Positions 27,473-36,482 are shown, counted from the stretch's first letter. The stretch is DNA of 48,051 bases from an uncultured Candidatus Saccharibacteria bacterium (GCA_964496905.1 CAZCAQ010000002.1:70147-118197), one strand, 5' to 3'. A program made the numbers and translations. Notes: a model not told the origin generated them from the letters alone.

Positions 27473-27955
27473 ATGGATGGTAGTTTTGGAATAATCTTTA
27501 ATGAAAATAAAACAGAGATACTTTTAGTAAAAAGACGCGATATGCCTGTTTGGGTTTTGCCAGGAGGCGGGATCGAACACGGGGAAACTCCCGAACAAGC
27601 CTGCCTTAGGGAAGTTTTGGAAGAAACGGGATTTAATGTCGAGATCTTGCGCAAAGTCGGGATTTACACTTACAAACCTGGTCGTCGCAATCACGGTTTT
27701 GAATGCAAAATTATAGCAGGTACTAAAACTCTCTCAAAAGAAAATAAGGAAATAGAATACTTTAGTTTTAACGAGCTTCCAGAATTAAGGCTTCCACACC
27801 TGCCAGTTTTTATAGATGACACTTTGAAATGCACTGAGGTCGTTGAAAGAGTTATGCCTGGCTATCCGTTTTCAATATGGAAAAAGGGTCTTCGCCACCC
27901 TTGGGCATTATTTAAATTTTTATTAACACGGATTGGTATTCATTGGAATATTTAA
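27473..27955 (+). CDS. Nudix hydrolase
   Basis: Canonical Nudix box GGGIEHGETPEQACLREVLEETGF. Confidence 0.8.
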   Translation: MDGSFGIIFNENKTEILLVKRRDMPVWVLPGGGIEHGETPEQACLREVLEETGFNVEILRKVGIYTYKPGRRNHGFECKIIAGTKTLSKENKEIEYFSFNELPELRLPHLPVFIDDTLKCTEVVERVMPGYPFSIWKKGLRHPWALFKFLLTRIGIHWNI

Positions 27956-27989
27956 CTCATACTTCATTGAAGTGTTATATACTAAATAT

Positions 27990-29111
27990 ATGGCAATAAA
28001 ATCTGCTGAACAAACGTTTGGAGATGACAGTGAAAAAATAGCCTCTATAATAAGTGCCAAGACAGGCCTAGAGGCAAAACCCGTGGGCGATGATTTATGG
28101 TATCACGATTCTGATGAAAACGGACGAATTTTAATATTAGTTCGATCTGATGAGGCATTGGAAGATGACTTGTCTCAATTTGAGCACGGTGAAACACTGC
28201 TACCTAGAGAACGCCAAACACAAATAATTCACGAAGGGTATGCAGCTACGCTAAATTTAATTGGCAAGTATGTACCGCAGGCAAAAATCCAAGCACTATT
28301 TCCCAAACTAGATCTTGAAGATTTGAATTCTTATGATTTTACACTTTCTAAAATACGACTTTTCATTTTTTCAGAAGCTGATTTTGACTATCTCTACAGA
28401 AATATGTTCCCACTTTATAACAAAAGTCCCGCTGAATACAAAGAATATGAGGATGACATCAAAAGTACAGGTGGTATCACGGTTCTAAATGTTGATGAGG
28501 GTCCAAGCAGTCTAGTCAAAAATGAAATGCACGTAGATATTTCTGAAAGAAAAGTAATAGTACTTAGAGAAACTAATATACGACTAAGAGAATATATTGA
28601 GGAGCAGGGAAAATTACCCAGAGAACTCACACAATATGAGCAAGAGATAGTTGCCAAACACGTTAAAGGTAAAGTTGCACATGAGTTAATTCATAACTTA
28701 GATGTAGCACGAGGACTCCCTATGGAACTTATGGAAGGCGTGACCGAGTGGTATGCTCAACAAGTTTTGGGTGAAAATGTTCTTGAAAATGCTATCACAA
28801 ACAGAAAGGATGTAATGACTGGATACGGAAAAGCCACCGCAACTGTGGCGATTTTAATAGAAGCACTTTTAGAGAGTAATGTGGGAATGAATACTATAAA
28901 TAGTGCCCTTATTTCTAATGATATACAGGCGCGAGAAAACGTAGCAAAAGCATTAGCAAAAAGATACGGTGCAGGACAAGCCGAAGTAATATTCGAATGG
29001 AGATTTATAGATGCAGAAATGGCACTGAGATACGTTGCGGATTTAGAATGTAGGCATGATTCGAAAGTTGGGGCTTTTTTGAGAAATGCAGGTACACAGA
29101 GCGAAAGCTAG
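27990..29111 (+). CDS. Hypothetical protein with HExxH...EG zincin-like motif
   Basis: VAHELIHNLD...MEGVTEWYA. I prefer ATG 27990 (TATACT at 27978-27983, 6 nt upstream) over the ORF-track start at 27933, which overlaps the Nudix gene. Confidence 0.5.
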   Translation: MAIKSAEQTFGDDSEKIASIISAKTGLEAKPVGDDLWYHDSDENGRILILVRSDEALEDDLSQFEHGETLLPRERQTQIIHEGYAATLNLIGKYVPQAKIQALFPKLDLEDLNSYDFTLSKIRLFIFSEADFDYLYRNMFPLYNKSPAEYKEYEDDIKSTGGITVLNVDEGPSSLVKNEMHVDISERKVIVLRETNIRLREYIEEQGKLPRELTQYEQEIVAKHVKGKVAHELIHNLDVARGLPMELMEGVTEWYAQQVLGENVLENAITNRKDVMTGYGKATATVAILIEALLESNVGMNTINSALISNDIQARENVAKALAKRYGAGQAEVIFEWRFIDAEMALRYVADLECRHDSKVGAFLRNAGTQSES

Positions 29112-29812
29112 CTCTTTTTTTGATCACTGGTAAAAATTGCAACCACTGTATTTGCATTCAAAGACTCTACTGTACAACTAGGTAGATGTTTTTCATAAAA
29201 CGCCACAAACTCTATATATTTAAAGCGCCTACTCCGATGAATACCCGTAAGCTCTGCCATGTCACTTGATTTTGCATATCTCTTGCCTGCTCGGAATTTA
29301 GTTAAGCCAAAATTTTTAATTAAGAGTATATCTCTTTGAGCTTGATTGACTTTTATAATAGCTTTCTGCATCTGACTTAAGTTTGCTTTGCTAGATAATA
29401 TTTCAGTTATCATTAGCACACCATTTGGTTTTAAAACTCTTTTAGCCTCCGCAAGCGCCTTTTCCCTATCTACATGTTGAAACACTATATGACTCATTAC
29501 AAAATCAAAGTAAGCATCTTCGTAAGGAAGTTTTTCAGCATCTCCTTCTACAATTGTTGCTTGTGGTAATTTACTTTTAGCACGTGTGACAAATTGCGAT
29601 GTCGGATCTATACCAAATAGTGCGAGTTGGGGAAACTTTTTGTTAATTTCACGTAACATATCACCTGTGCCACAACCAATATCTAGCATGCGTGAAGCCT
29701 TTTTAGGTATATGTCGAGTATAAAAGGGCGCATAACTAGCGTTTATTTTAGAAATATAATCGTCATAATCCTGACTTATTTGCTGATATTTTAGTTTGAG
29801 TTTTTCGTCCAT
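29108..29812 (-). CDS. Class I SAM-dependent methyltransferase
   Basis: Motif I MLDIGCGTGD, with post-I and motif II spacing typical of the Methyltransf_11/25 type. Confidence 0.75.
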   Translation of the reverse strand: MDEKLKLKYQQISQDYDDYISKINASYAPFYTRHIPKKASRMLDIGCGTGDMLREINKKFPQLALFGIDPTSQFVTRAKSKLPQATIVEGDAEKLPYEDAYFDFVMSHIVFQHVDREKALAEAKRVLKPNGVLMITEILSSKANLSQMQKAIIKVNQAQRDILLIKNFGLTKFRAGKRYAKSSDMAELTGIHRSRRFKYIEFVAFYEKHLPSCTVESLNANTVVAIFTSDQKKS

Positions 29813-30109
29813 TGTGTGGTGTAAATTATTTTCATAATGATACTAATTGAATTTTATCACCTTCAACCCAAACTGCTTGATTATCACGTAAACAAATATG
29901 AGGGTATGGGTAGTTTGCAAGTTCGGAATACATTTGTGCGTATTCCTTGAAGTGCGCCTCATTAAACTCACCCCCAATATGCGGAATAATTGCAAAATCT
30001 ACAAGCTTATACGCATCATAACTTGTTAAATCCGATTTATAGAAAGCGTCAAGTATCATTTTGGAAGCAGCTTCTAATAAATAGGTCCTGCGAAAAGCAA
30101 AAGCACTTG
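29813..30109. repeat. Copy A of a ~290-bp dispersed direct duplication (3' third of the S51 peptidase gene plus the first 7 codons of cutA)
   Basis: It aligns by eye at roughly 80-85% identity with 31026-31315, including ATGAAAATAATTTACACCACA versus ATGAAAATTATCTATACCACA. Confidence 0.75.
29832..30059 (-). pseudogene. Truncated relic of an S51 (peptidase E-like) gene, C-terminal 75 codons only
   Basis: MILDAFYKSDLTSYDAYKLVDFAIIPHIGGEFNE...YSELANYPYPHICLRDNQAVWVEGDKIQLVSL parallels residues ~135-209 of the intact gene at 31044-31673. The catalytic Ser region is missing. Confidence 0.7.
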
Positions 30110-30141
30110 AAATGAAGAGAAATTAGCAGTAATATGATTTT

Positions 30142-30609
30142 ATGGTGAATGACATACATGAAAATGATTTAGATGATGTGAACCCATATGAGCAGTATAC
30201 AGATGACGATTGGGCAGCCTTAGAGACTGAACAATATGAAGCTTTAGATTTTTATTATAAGCAAATGGCTCGAAGGGAAGATGTTTTTAGTAAAAGATTA
30301 ACTGCGGGGCAAGTGAACACCTCATTTTTAGACGAAAATAATGTATGGAGCTTGGAGGATCTACCAGAAGTTGCTATCGCATTTGCAGAAGAGTCTGCTA
30401 AAAACTCAACTGATGGCCAAGGTTTCTCTGCATTTGTAGAAGCCGAAGCAGATGCACTTATTGATTTTTACTCTCACGTATTTCCTGAACTAGAAAGTTT
30501 TTTACAAAATAAACTAGCAGAAAAACCAAATGCCGACAGTTTTGATAAAAAAAGAGTTCTAGAAGCTTTTTTTGACGGAGCTGATTTACCTGATTACGAA
30601 CCACTATAA
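30142..30609 (+). CDS. Highly acidic hypothetical protein
   Basis: 155 aa, D/E-rich throughout. TAATAT at 30130-30135 lies 6 nt upstream of the ATG. Confidence 0.5.
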   Translation: MVNDIHENDLDDVNPYEQYTDDDWAALETEQYEALDFYYKQMARREDVFSKRLTAGQVNTSFLDENNVWSLEDLPEVAIAFAEESAKNSTDGQGFSAFVEAEADALIDFYSHVFPELESFLQNKLAEKPNADSFDKKRVLEAFFDGADLPDYEPL

Positions 30610-30744
30610 TTGAGTCAGTTAGCTTTCTCTTCATAAAGTTTAAAGAACACCGTCCTTTTGTTGGATTACTCCTGTTCCTAAATTAAGATCTAACAACGAA
30701 TTTTTATCAATAAGGTATTGTTATATTAGAGTATACCCGTTTTA

Positions 30745-31047
30745 TTATTTAACAATCCCGCACAACCAACCCTCAAAATTAGAATTCACTTGATCAACAT
30801 TAAGTTCGCCAATAAAATTGTCGTAGGTAATATGTTCTTTGATAATGGCTTCGATTTCGCTGTATTTACCTTCAAGAGTTTTTATTATTAAGACAATTTC
30901 AGGCTCTTCGGTAATTTCACCTTCGTAATTATAAATACATGTTATCGGAAAAAAATTTACGCAGTTTGCTAGGTTTTTTTGGAGCAACGCACGACCTACT
31001 GTTTGAGCTTCTTGCGTGTTATTTAATGTGGTATAGATAATTTTCAT
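30745..31047 (-). CDS. cutA: Divalent-cation tolerance protein CutA
   Basis: 100 aa. IIYTTLNNTQEAQTVGRALLQKNLANCVNFFPITCIYNYEGEI matches the CutA1 pattern. Confidence 0.8.
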   Translation of the reverse strand: MKIIYTTLNNTQEAQTVGRALLQKNLANCVNFFPITCIYNYEGEITEEPEIVLIIKTLEGKYSEIEAIIKEHITYDNFIGELNVDQVNSNFEGWLCGIVK

Positions 31048-31315
31048 AAGGATACTATTTGAATTTTATCATCTTCAACCCAGACTGCCTGATTATCACG
31101 CAAGCAAATATGTGGATATGGGTAGTTTGCAAGTTCGGAATACATTTGTAAATATTCTTTGGGTTTGGACAAATTAAATTCGCCTCCTACATGTGGGATT
31201 ACTGCAAATTCTACCAGTCCAAGCGCGTCATAACTTGTTAAATCTGTTTTATATGGATCATCCAGAATCATAGTAGATTCAACACTAGGTCCTGCCAAAA
31301 TTGAACCAGCGCTTG
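31026..31315. repeat. Copy B (parental, intact context) of the ~290-bp duplication
   Basis: See 29813-30109. Confidence 0.75.
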
Positions 31316-31673
31316 TTCCCATATACAACTTGTCGTGATTTAAAACTAGATCTCGCGCAATCCCAGTAAAACCGCTTTTGTTTGAAATCTCCAACAGGTA
31401 AACGTTGTGACCACCTTCAACATAAACTGCATCCAATTGAGACAGAGCTTGCAGTAGCTCTTCGTATTGAATTTGTCGTAGATCAATTGGAACTATCTCA
31501 AAATTCAGCTCTTTAAGCTTGTCTTGAGTAGCTTGTGTCCATGAAATATCTTTTTCCAGGTCGGCAGCATTTGCAATGTAGGCAACTGAGTGTTTTTTCG
31601 TTGAAAGCGGAAGGACTTGCTTTAAAAAGTCTGCACTTCCCTCAAGTGAAGAAGTTAAAAAAAGCCTTTTCAT
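31044..31673 (-). CDS. S51-family peptidase (dipeptidase E-like)
   Basis: 209 aa with the GTSAGS nucleophile motif. Its stop overlaps the cutA start (ATGA). Confidence 0.75.
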   Translation of the reverse strand: MKRLFLTSSLEGSADFLKQVLPLSTKKHSVAYIANAADLEKDISWTQATQDKLKELNFEIVPIDLRQIQYEELLQALSQLDAVYVEGGHNVYLLEISNKSGFTGIARDLVLNHDKLYMGTSAGSILAGPSVESTMILDDPYKTDLTSYDALGLVEFAVIPHVGGEFNLSKPKEYLQMYSELANYPYPHICLRDNQAVWVEDDKIQIVSL

Positions 31674-32275
31674 GCGTTTACGCCTAAGCCTTCCAAATGT
31701 TGAATGAATGCATCAAAGTCAGTATAAACAAAAGTATTAATCCCTAACTCCTTAGCGCCATCCATTTTGGTCGCGTCGTCATCCGAATAAACAATTTCAT
31801 CAGCATTTACACCACTTTTATCTACTAAAGCTTGAAAAATCGCTATATCAGGCTTGTGTGAACCAACTTCGTAAGAAAGCACGACCGTGTCAAAATCATC
31901 TAAAAAACCAAATCTTTCTTGCAAGCCGTTAATTCGCGCAGAAAAATTGTTTGAGCAAATTACAGTTTTGTAACCTGCTTGGCACACTTTTTTAACATAC
32001 TGTGCAGCGGGTTCATTAACTTCGTAGCCTTTAATTAATAGGTCTATTATTTCTTTAACTGTTAGGTTGATTTTCCATTCAGCTAGCGCCCAAGACCAAT
32101 ATTCTTCAGCAGTCATTTCCCCAAGCTTGTACTGCTTGTTCATCTGATCAGATTTTAAAAACACCCTTTTAGCTTCGTCCTGAGTAATCCCAAGATCACC
32201 AAGTGCGGTTATAAAATTTGATTTTCCGTTTAAAAAATAAACTCCGTCTAAGTCGAAACAAATTGCTTTTATCAT
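31670..32275 (-). CDS. HAD-superfamily hydrolase
   Basis: Motif I is CFDLDGV. A later SNN and the DD motif are present. Confidence 0.75.
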   Translation of the reverse strand: MIKAICFDLDGVYFLNGKSNFITALGDLGITQDEAKRVFLKSDQMNKQYKLGEMTAEEYWSWALAEWKINLTVKEIIDLLIKGYEVNEPAAQYVKKVCQAGYKTVICSNNFSARINGLQERFGFLDDFDTVVLSYEVGSHKPDIAIFQALVDKSGVNADEIVYSDDDATKMDGAKELGINTFVYTDFDAFIQHLEGLGVNA

Positions 32276-32286
32276 TTTTCCCTTTC

Positions 32287-33237
32287 CTAATTAACTATAT
32301 TTTGCGGTGTGCCATTTATAAATGTGTCAACATTCTTAACTATAATGTCAGGCATGTTTTGGTAAAAAGCTTCCTCTGTAAATGAACCTAAATGTGGTGT
32401 TAATACTACGTTATCTAGTTGTAGAAGAGGATGATCAAGCTTAATTTTGCCACCAATATCTATGGCAAATCCGCTTAGTCTATTTGTAGCTAAAGCATCA
32501 TATATGTCATCAATGTTTGTGATCTCTGGTCTAGCAGTACTTACAAGCAAACTTCCCTCTTTCATAAGTGCAAGTTTGTCCGTATTAATAAAATCTTTGG
32601 TATCTTCATTTAGGGAGAGATGCACAGTGACAATATCAGAATTGCGCAAAACTTCATTTAGTGTAAGTTGAGTGATTCCATTGTTTTTTGGAGTCCGGTT
32701 GTATGCAATAACGTTCATACCAAAAGCATCTGCAATTTTTGCCACTTCTGTGCCAATTGTTCCTAAACCTAGTATGCCTAATGTTTTACCTAAAAGTTCA
32801 TAACCTAAAAATTGTTGTCTTTGCTCATTGTTCTCTGGATCTAGCTCAATTGGCGAATTTTTCATAACTTTATCGCCGTAAGCAATTTTACGTGCTACAG
32901 CAAAAATTAACCCAAAAGTTAGTTCAGCAACAGATCTTTTTGAAAAACCCGGAACATTTGCAACAGAAATTCCCAAATTTTGTGCGGACTTTATATCAAC
33001 GTCTGAATAAGTAGTGGTATTTAGCGCAAGTAATTTTAAATTAGTCGCTGAGTTTAGTACTTTGGAATTGTATTGACTTGAAAATTGGTCAGCAATGGCG
33101 ATTTCGGCATTTTTCAATCGTTCTATGGCTAATTCTTCTGAATTTGTGTTTTCGAACACTGTTAACTCACCAAGCGATTTGAGTTTTTCTAGGTGTGTTT
33201 CGTTAAAAAAGCAGTTGTTTAAAATTACTATTTTCAT
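32287..33237 (-). CDS. D-isomer-specific 2-hydroxyacid dehydrogenase (PGDH/GHPR-like)
   Basis: GILGLGTIGTEVA is the NAD-binding motif and TPHLGSFTEEA holds the catalytic His. I prefer ATG 33237 (MKIVILNN), with TATAAT at 33249-33244 6 nt upstream. Confidence 0.75.
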   Translation of the reverse strand: MKIVILNNCFFNETHLEKLKSLGELTVFENTNSEELAIERLKNAEIAIADQFSSQYNSKVLNSATNLKLLALNTTTYSDVDIKSAQNLGISVANVPGFSKRSVAELTFGLIFAVARKIAYGDKVMKNSPIELDPENNEQRQQFLGYELLGKTLGILGLGTIGTEVAKIADAFGMNVIAYNRTPKNNGITQLTLNEVLRNSDIVTVHLSLNEDTKDFINTDKLALMKEGSLLVSTARPEITNIDDIYDALATNRLSGFAIDIGGKIKLDHPLLQLDNVVLTPHLGSFTEEAFYQNMPDIIVKNVDTFINGTPQNIVN

Positions 33238-33255
33238 GTGGTTATTATACAGCAC

Positions 33256-33807
33256 TCACAAATTTGTAAGCTCCGACTGTTTAATTCTTACCGCTTCCGT
33301 CATAGTTTCAGTGCTAACATAACCAAGCACATCCGAATCATAGTCGTATAGTTCAATCATATCAAGATCTGGGCGGTCGAATACGCGAGCACCTTTAACC
33401 TGTTTGCCCGCAAGCATTTCGTTTTTGAGTTTTAAATATTCTTGTGGAGAAACATAAAAATCCACGTCTCCTACATGAAACCTGTATGGGTCGGGTTTAC
33501 GAATGTAAAGATACTCGTATTTTGTATCGGGTATATCGTCTTTTGCTGGAATAATTATAGGCTCGTGAAGTTTAAAAAACTTTTGATCAAAGTTGTCCGA
33601 TTCTTGGGTAAGTTCTTTTCTAAGTTTTGTAAGTGTTTCGTGTTCATAATCGTAATGACAAAAATAGCTAAAATTGCCCGAATTTGGTAAATAATATCCA
33701 AATGATTGTTTGCATAATTTGTAGCATTCAAAATGAACGTATTCTAGAGCATGTAACAATTGTTCGTGTGTTGAAATTGGGCTGAATCTGTAAAGTTTGA
33801 AATCCAT
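33256..33807 (-). CDS. Hypothetical protein
   Basis: I prefer ATG 33807 (MDFKLYRF), with TATAAT at 33819-33814 6 nt upstream. The ORF-track start at 33855 overlaps the divergent gene. Confidence 0.5.
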   Translation of the reverse strand: MDFKLYRFSPISTHEQLLHALEYVHFECYKLCKQSFGYYLPNSGNFSYFCHYDYEHETLTKLRKELTQESDNFDQKFFKLHEPIIIPAKDDIPDTKYEYLYIRKPDPYRFHVGDVDFYVSPQEYLKLKNEMLAGKQVKGARVFDRPDLDMIELYDYDSDVLGYVSTETMTEAVRIKQSELTNL

Positions 33808-33813
33808 GAATTC

Positions 33814-33842
33814 ATTATACAACACGAAAAAAGTGATAATAT
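33814..33842. promoter_or_regulatory. Back-to-back -10 boxes of a second divergent leaderless pair
   Basis: Minus-strand TATAAT at 33819-33814 serves ATG 33807. Plus-strand TGaTAATAT at 33834-33842 serves ATG 33849. Confidence 0.5.
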
Positions 33843-33848
33843 AAAAAT

Positions 33849-34559
33849 ATGGCATACAATCCCTTTGAAGGCGACTCTTTGGAGCTTACCGAGGAACGCA
33901 TAGCAAAATTAAATGATCTATCATTAAACATGCAAGAATCAACCGGACTTGCCTTCCCTCCTGACTTTACTTGTCACTTTATAATGGGAGCTAAGGAGGC
34001 TGCTGTAAAAGATCTTCGACCTCTTGCTAATACCGCCTCAATTGAATTACCTCCTGAGCCAAGCTTGTTTGAGGTAGCGCATGAAGTAGCACATGTACTT
34101 TTTGAACCCCATTTTAACCATGTAAGCGATGCGCGAGTTAAATCAGCATTACTAGAGGGTGTTAGTGATTTAGTCGGTGCCGAAGCAGCAGGGATTCCCA
34201 GAAGTGAAATCAAAAGTTTATACTACGCACTAAATCAAAATTCTTTATCAGACTTTGACACCGAAGCACAGGCATTAATTTCAGAAACATTTTTAACTAG
34301 CAGCGCTACGGATAAACAGGTCTGGGTGTTAGGGCGTGACGTAGACCACGTAGTGGGAAGAGATTTTATACTAAGAGTTTTAGTTGCTAATCCGCAAATA
34401 CCTACTAAGGAGCTTGTAGCCAGTTTAAGTAAATTTTCTCCCACACGAGCACAAATTCTGGATATAAGCGGATACAAGTTTCAAACTGCACAAAGAACGG
34501 TAACTGAGACAACACCGGTTTTGCCTACATTTACAACTAAGCGGGGTAGACTGATATAG
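33849..34559 (+). CDS. Hypothetical protein with HExxH...EG zincin-like motif
   Basis: VAHEVAHVLFEPH...LLEGVSDLVG. Confidence 0.5.
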   Translation: MAYNPFEGDSLELTEERIAKLNDLSLNMQESTGLAFPPDFTCHFIMGAKEAAVKDLRPLANTASIELPPEPSLFEVAHEVAHVLFEPHFNHVSDARVKSALLEGVSDLVGAEAAGIPRSEIKSLYYALNQNSLSDFDTEAQALISETFLTSSATDKQVWVLGRDVDHVVGRDFILRVLVANPQIPTKELVASLSKFSPTRAQILDISGYKFQTAQRTVTETTPVLPTFTTKRGRLI

Positions 34560-34567
34560 GTTGGCCA

Positions 34568-35494
34568 TTATCTCTTTAAAACGCTAACCATGTACCTTGC
34601 AATACCATTTTCAACCAACGTAGGCATTAAATAACCAGCAACAGAATTCAAAACAAATTCTTTAGGCAATAGCAAATTCAACAATTTTGCAGTAATAGGC
34701 AAAGCAAAGTAAATCGAGGCCAGCTTCTCAAACCTTTTCATTGTGGGGAGTACATATTTAGACAAATCTTCTTCAAACTCTATACCAAATCCCGTTTCTT
34801 TAGCTTTTTGTACAAAACTTTCATAACTTTCAAAAGCTTGCAAAGCCATAGTTTTCTCGGTTAACTTACATGCCAACTCCTCGTCAGAAGATAAGACTTT
34901 TGAACCTCGGTAGCCATCAAAAACAATAAACAAGCCGACATTATTCAAAACCAAACTAACTTGCTCGAGCACCTTTTCTTTTTCAGTAGAATAACAAAGC
35001 GCCTCTACCACATACACTACATCAAACTTTATATCGTTAAATGTACTTAAGTCATGGTAATCCCCTAGCTCAACTTTTAAATTTCCAAGCTTTTCAGCTT
35101 TTTTTCTAGCGTATTTAATTTGCCCCTCCGACAGTTCCAACCCATAAAACTTTACATCTGGGTTATTTTTTGCCAAGTAGGCAGTGTTCGCACTGCGACC
35201 AGAAGCCAGTTCTAATACATTCTTTGCGCCAATCTTTTTAATATATGCATCAATAAAATGCGCCTGCGCTTTTAAATCCTCGTGCTTGTAAACTCCATCT
35301 CGGCTTATGCCCATATACATAAAATCGTCGTTAGTATGAAAAAGTGAATACGCAATGCTATTTACTTTGTAATAAGTTTGAATATCGGTAAGCTCAATAT
35401 TTTGATTCACTATAGTTTGAGCATCGTAAACAGCTGAAATCTTTTGAAGTTTATTTTTAAGTGAAATGGAGCCACGATTTATTTTAACACGCAA
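34568..35494 (-). CDS. Class I SAM-dependent methyltransferase
   Basis: Motif I is VLELASGRSANTAYLA, followed by an acidic post-I residue (YGLELSE). It lies 2 nt downstream of the 35497-36408 gene, so the two likely form an operon. Confidence 0.7.
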   Translation of the reverse strand: MRVKINRGSISLKNKLQKISAVYDAQTIVNQNIELTDIQTYYKVNSIAYSLFHTNDDFMYMGISRDGVYKHEDLKAQAHFIDAYIKKIGAKNVLELASGRSANTAYLAKNNPDVKFYGLELSEGQIKYARKKAEKLGNLKVELGDYHDLSTFNDIKFDVVYVVEALCYSTEKEKVLEQVSLVLNNVGLFIVFDGYRGSKVLSSDEELACKLTEKTMALQAFESYESFVQKAKETGFGIEFEEDLSKYVLPTMKRFEKLASIYFALPITAKLLNLLLPKEFVLNSVAGYLMPTLVENGIARYMVSVLKR

Positions 35495-35496
35495 AA

Positions 35497-36408
35497 CTAT
35501 TTATACAGGCGCTTTCTACCGTTACCATTTTTTAAATTAGAATACTTTCTAAACTCACAGCCAATGCCTTCCCAATTTTCTGCCGATAACCAAACCTTTT
35601 TGCCGTTAAAAATTAAATAAGGAAAATCTGTTATTTTTGTGCCCACTAAAGCTAAACAAACATTTTCAGGAATTTCCTCAGAATTTAGCTTTTTCATTGT
35701 TGGAATAGATCCCGGCCCAATAGGAAACTCTTTATACAAATCAATGTGATCTGGAAATTGGTAAGCCAAATCAATAAGAACCTCTGTCCAATGAAATTTA
35801 AAGTTTAATCCAAAAACTGGCAAAATTTGGTTTAGGGCATTTACAACACTTAACTTATCAAAACTCTCAATTACTTCTGTAACCTGCTTTATAACCGTGG
35901 GCAAGTAAAAACAAAAAAACTCCTCTCGCGTATGAAAACCTACTTTACTAACCAATGAGATTGGAAAAATATACGCACTGCCATACTTTGGCAATGACAG
36001 ATTCATCAGCTTATCAAACACTTTTTTGTTTTCAGCTTCGTTAAATGTCAAAAGTCCAACTTTTTTATTTGTTGACGGCTTGCATACCATTCTATAAAAC
36101 AATGCGTTTAGTAACCATAAAGCTAGTGACCCTTCAAGCTCTTTTAGCTGTGTGTGAATTTGGATTGTTTGAGCATCCAGCTCTCTATAAACATTGCAAA
36201 ACCTATATCTGGAAAGAATTGGATCTGTTGTGTATGGTGTTGTTGCATTAGTGCTCTTTTTCTCCCAAATGCGCATGCGTTCGATTGTAAAGGATTTCAT
36301 TTGCAAGACTATACTTGCATCGAGACTAAGCGTATTTTCATTATCAAAAACATATGTATGATGATGCCAATGTTTATAGAGCTGTTTTAAGTTTTGTGGT
36401 ATTTCCAT
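35497..36408 (-). CDS. Protein resembling the family linked to phage thymidine hypermodification (aGPT-pyrophosphorylase / 5-hmdU-DNA-kinase-associated helical domain); tentative
   Basis: ERMRIWEKKSTNATTPYTTDPILSRYRFCNVYRELDAQT matches my recollection of the family signature (W/Y-T-x-D-P-I-L-x-x-Y-[RK]-F-x-N-V-[YF]-R-E-x-D). The C-terminus has GCEFRKY. No search was run. Confidence 0.4.
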   Translation of the reverse strand: MEIPQNLKQLYKHWHHHTYVFDNENTLSLDASIVLQMKSFTIERMRIWEKKSTNATTPYTTDPILSRYRFCNVYRELDAQTIQIHTQLKELEGSLALWLLNALFYRMVCKPSTNKKVGLLTFNEAENKKVFDKLMNLSLPKYGSAYIFPISLVSKVGFHTREEFFCFYLPTVIKQVTEVIESFDKLSVVNALNQILPVFGLNFKFHWTEVLIDLAYQFPDHIDLYKEFPIGPGSIPTMKKLNSEEIPENVCLALVGTKITDFPYLIFNGKKVWLSAENWEGIGCEFRKYSNLKNGNGRKRLYK

Positions 36409-36440
36409 AAAATATCTTGAAGCAATTATATAGTTTAAAC

Positions 36441-36482
36441 AAAAAAAATCCCCGAGAAAGTTTTTATTTTTCTCGGGGTTTT
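36441..36482. terminator. Bidirectional intrinsic terminator after the GNAT gene
   Basis: A8-T-CCCCGAGAAA-9 nt-TTTCTCGGGG-TTTT. Confidence 0.7.
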
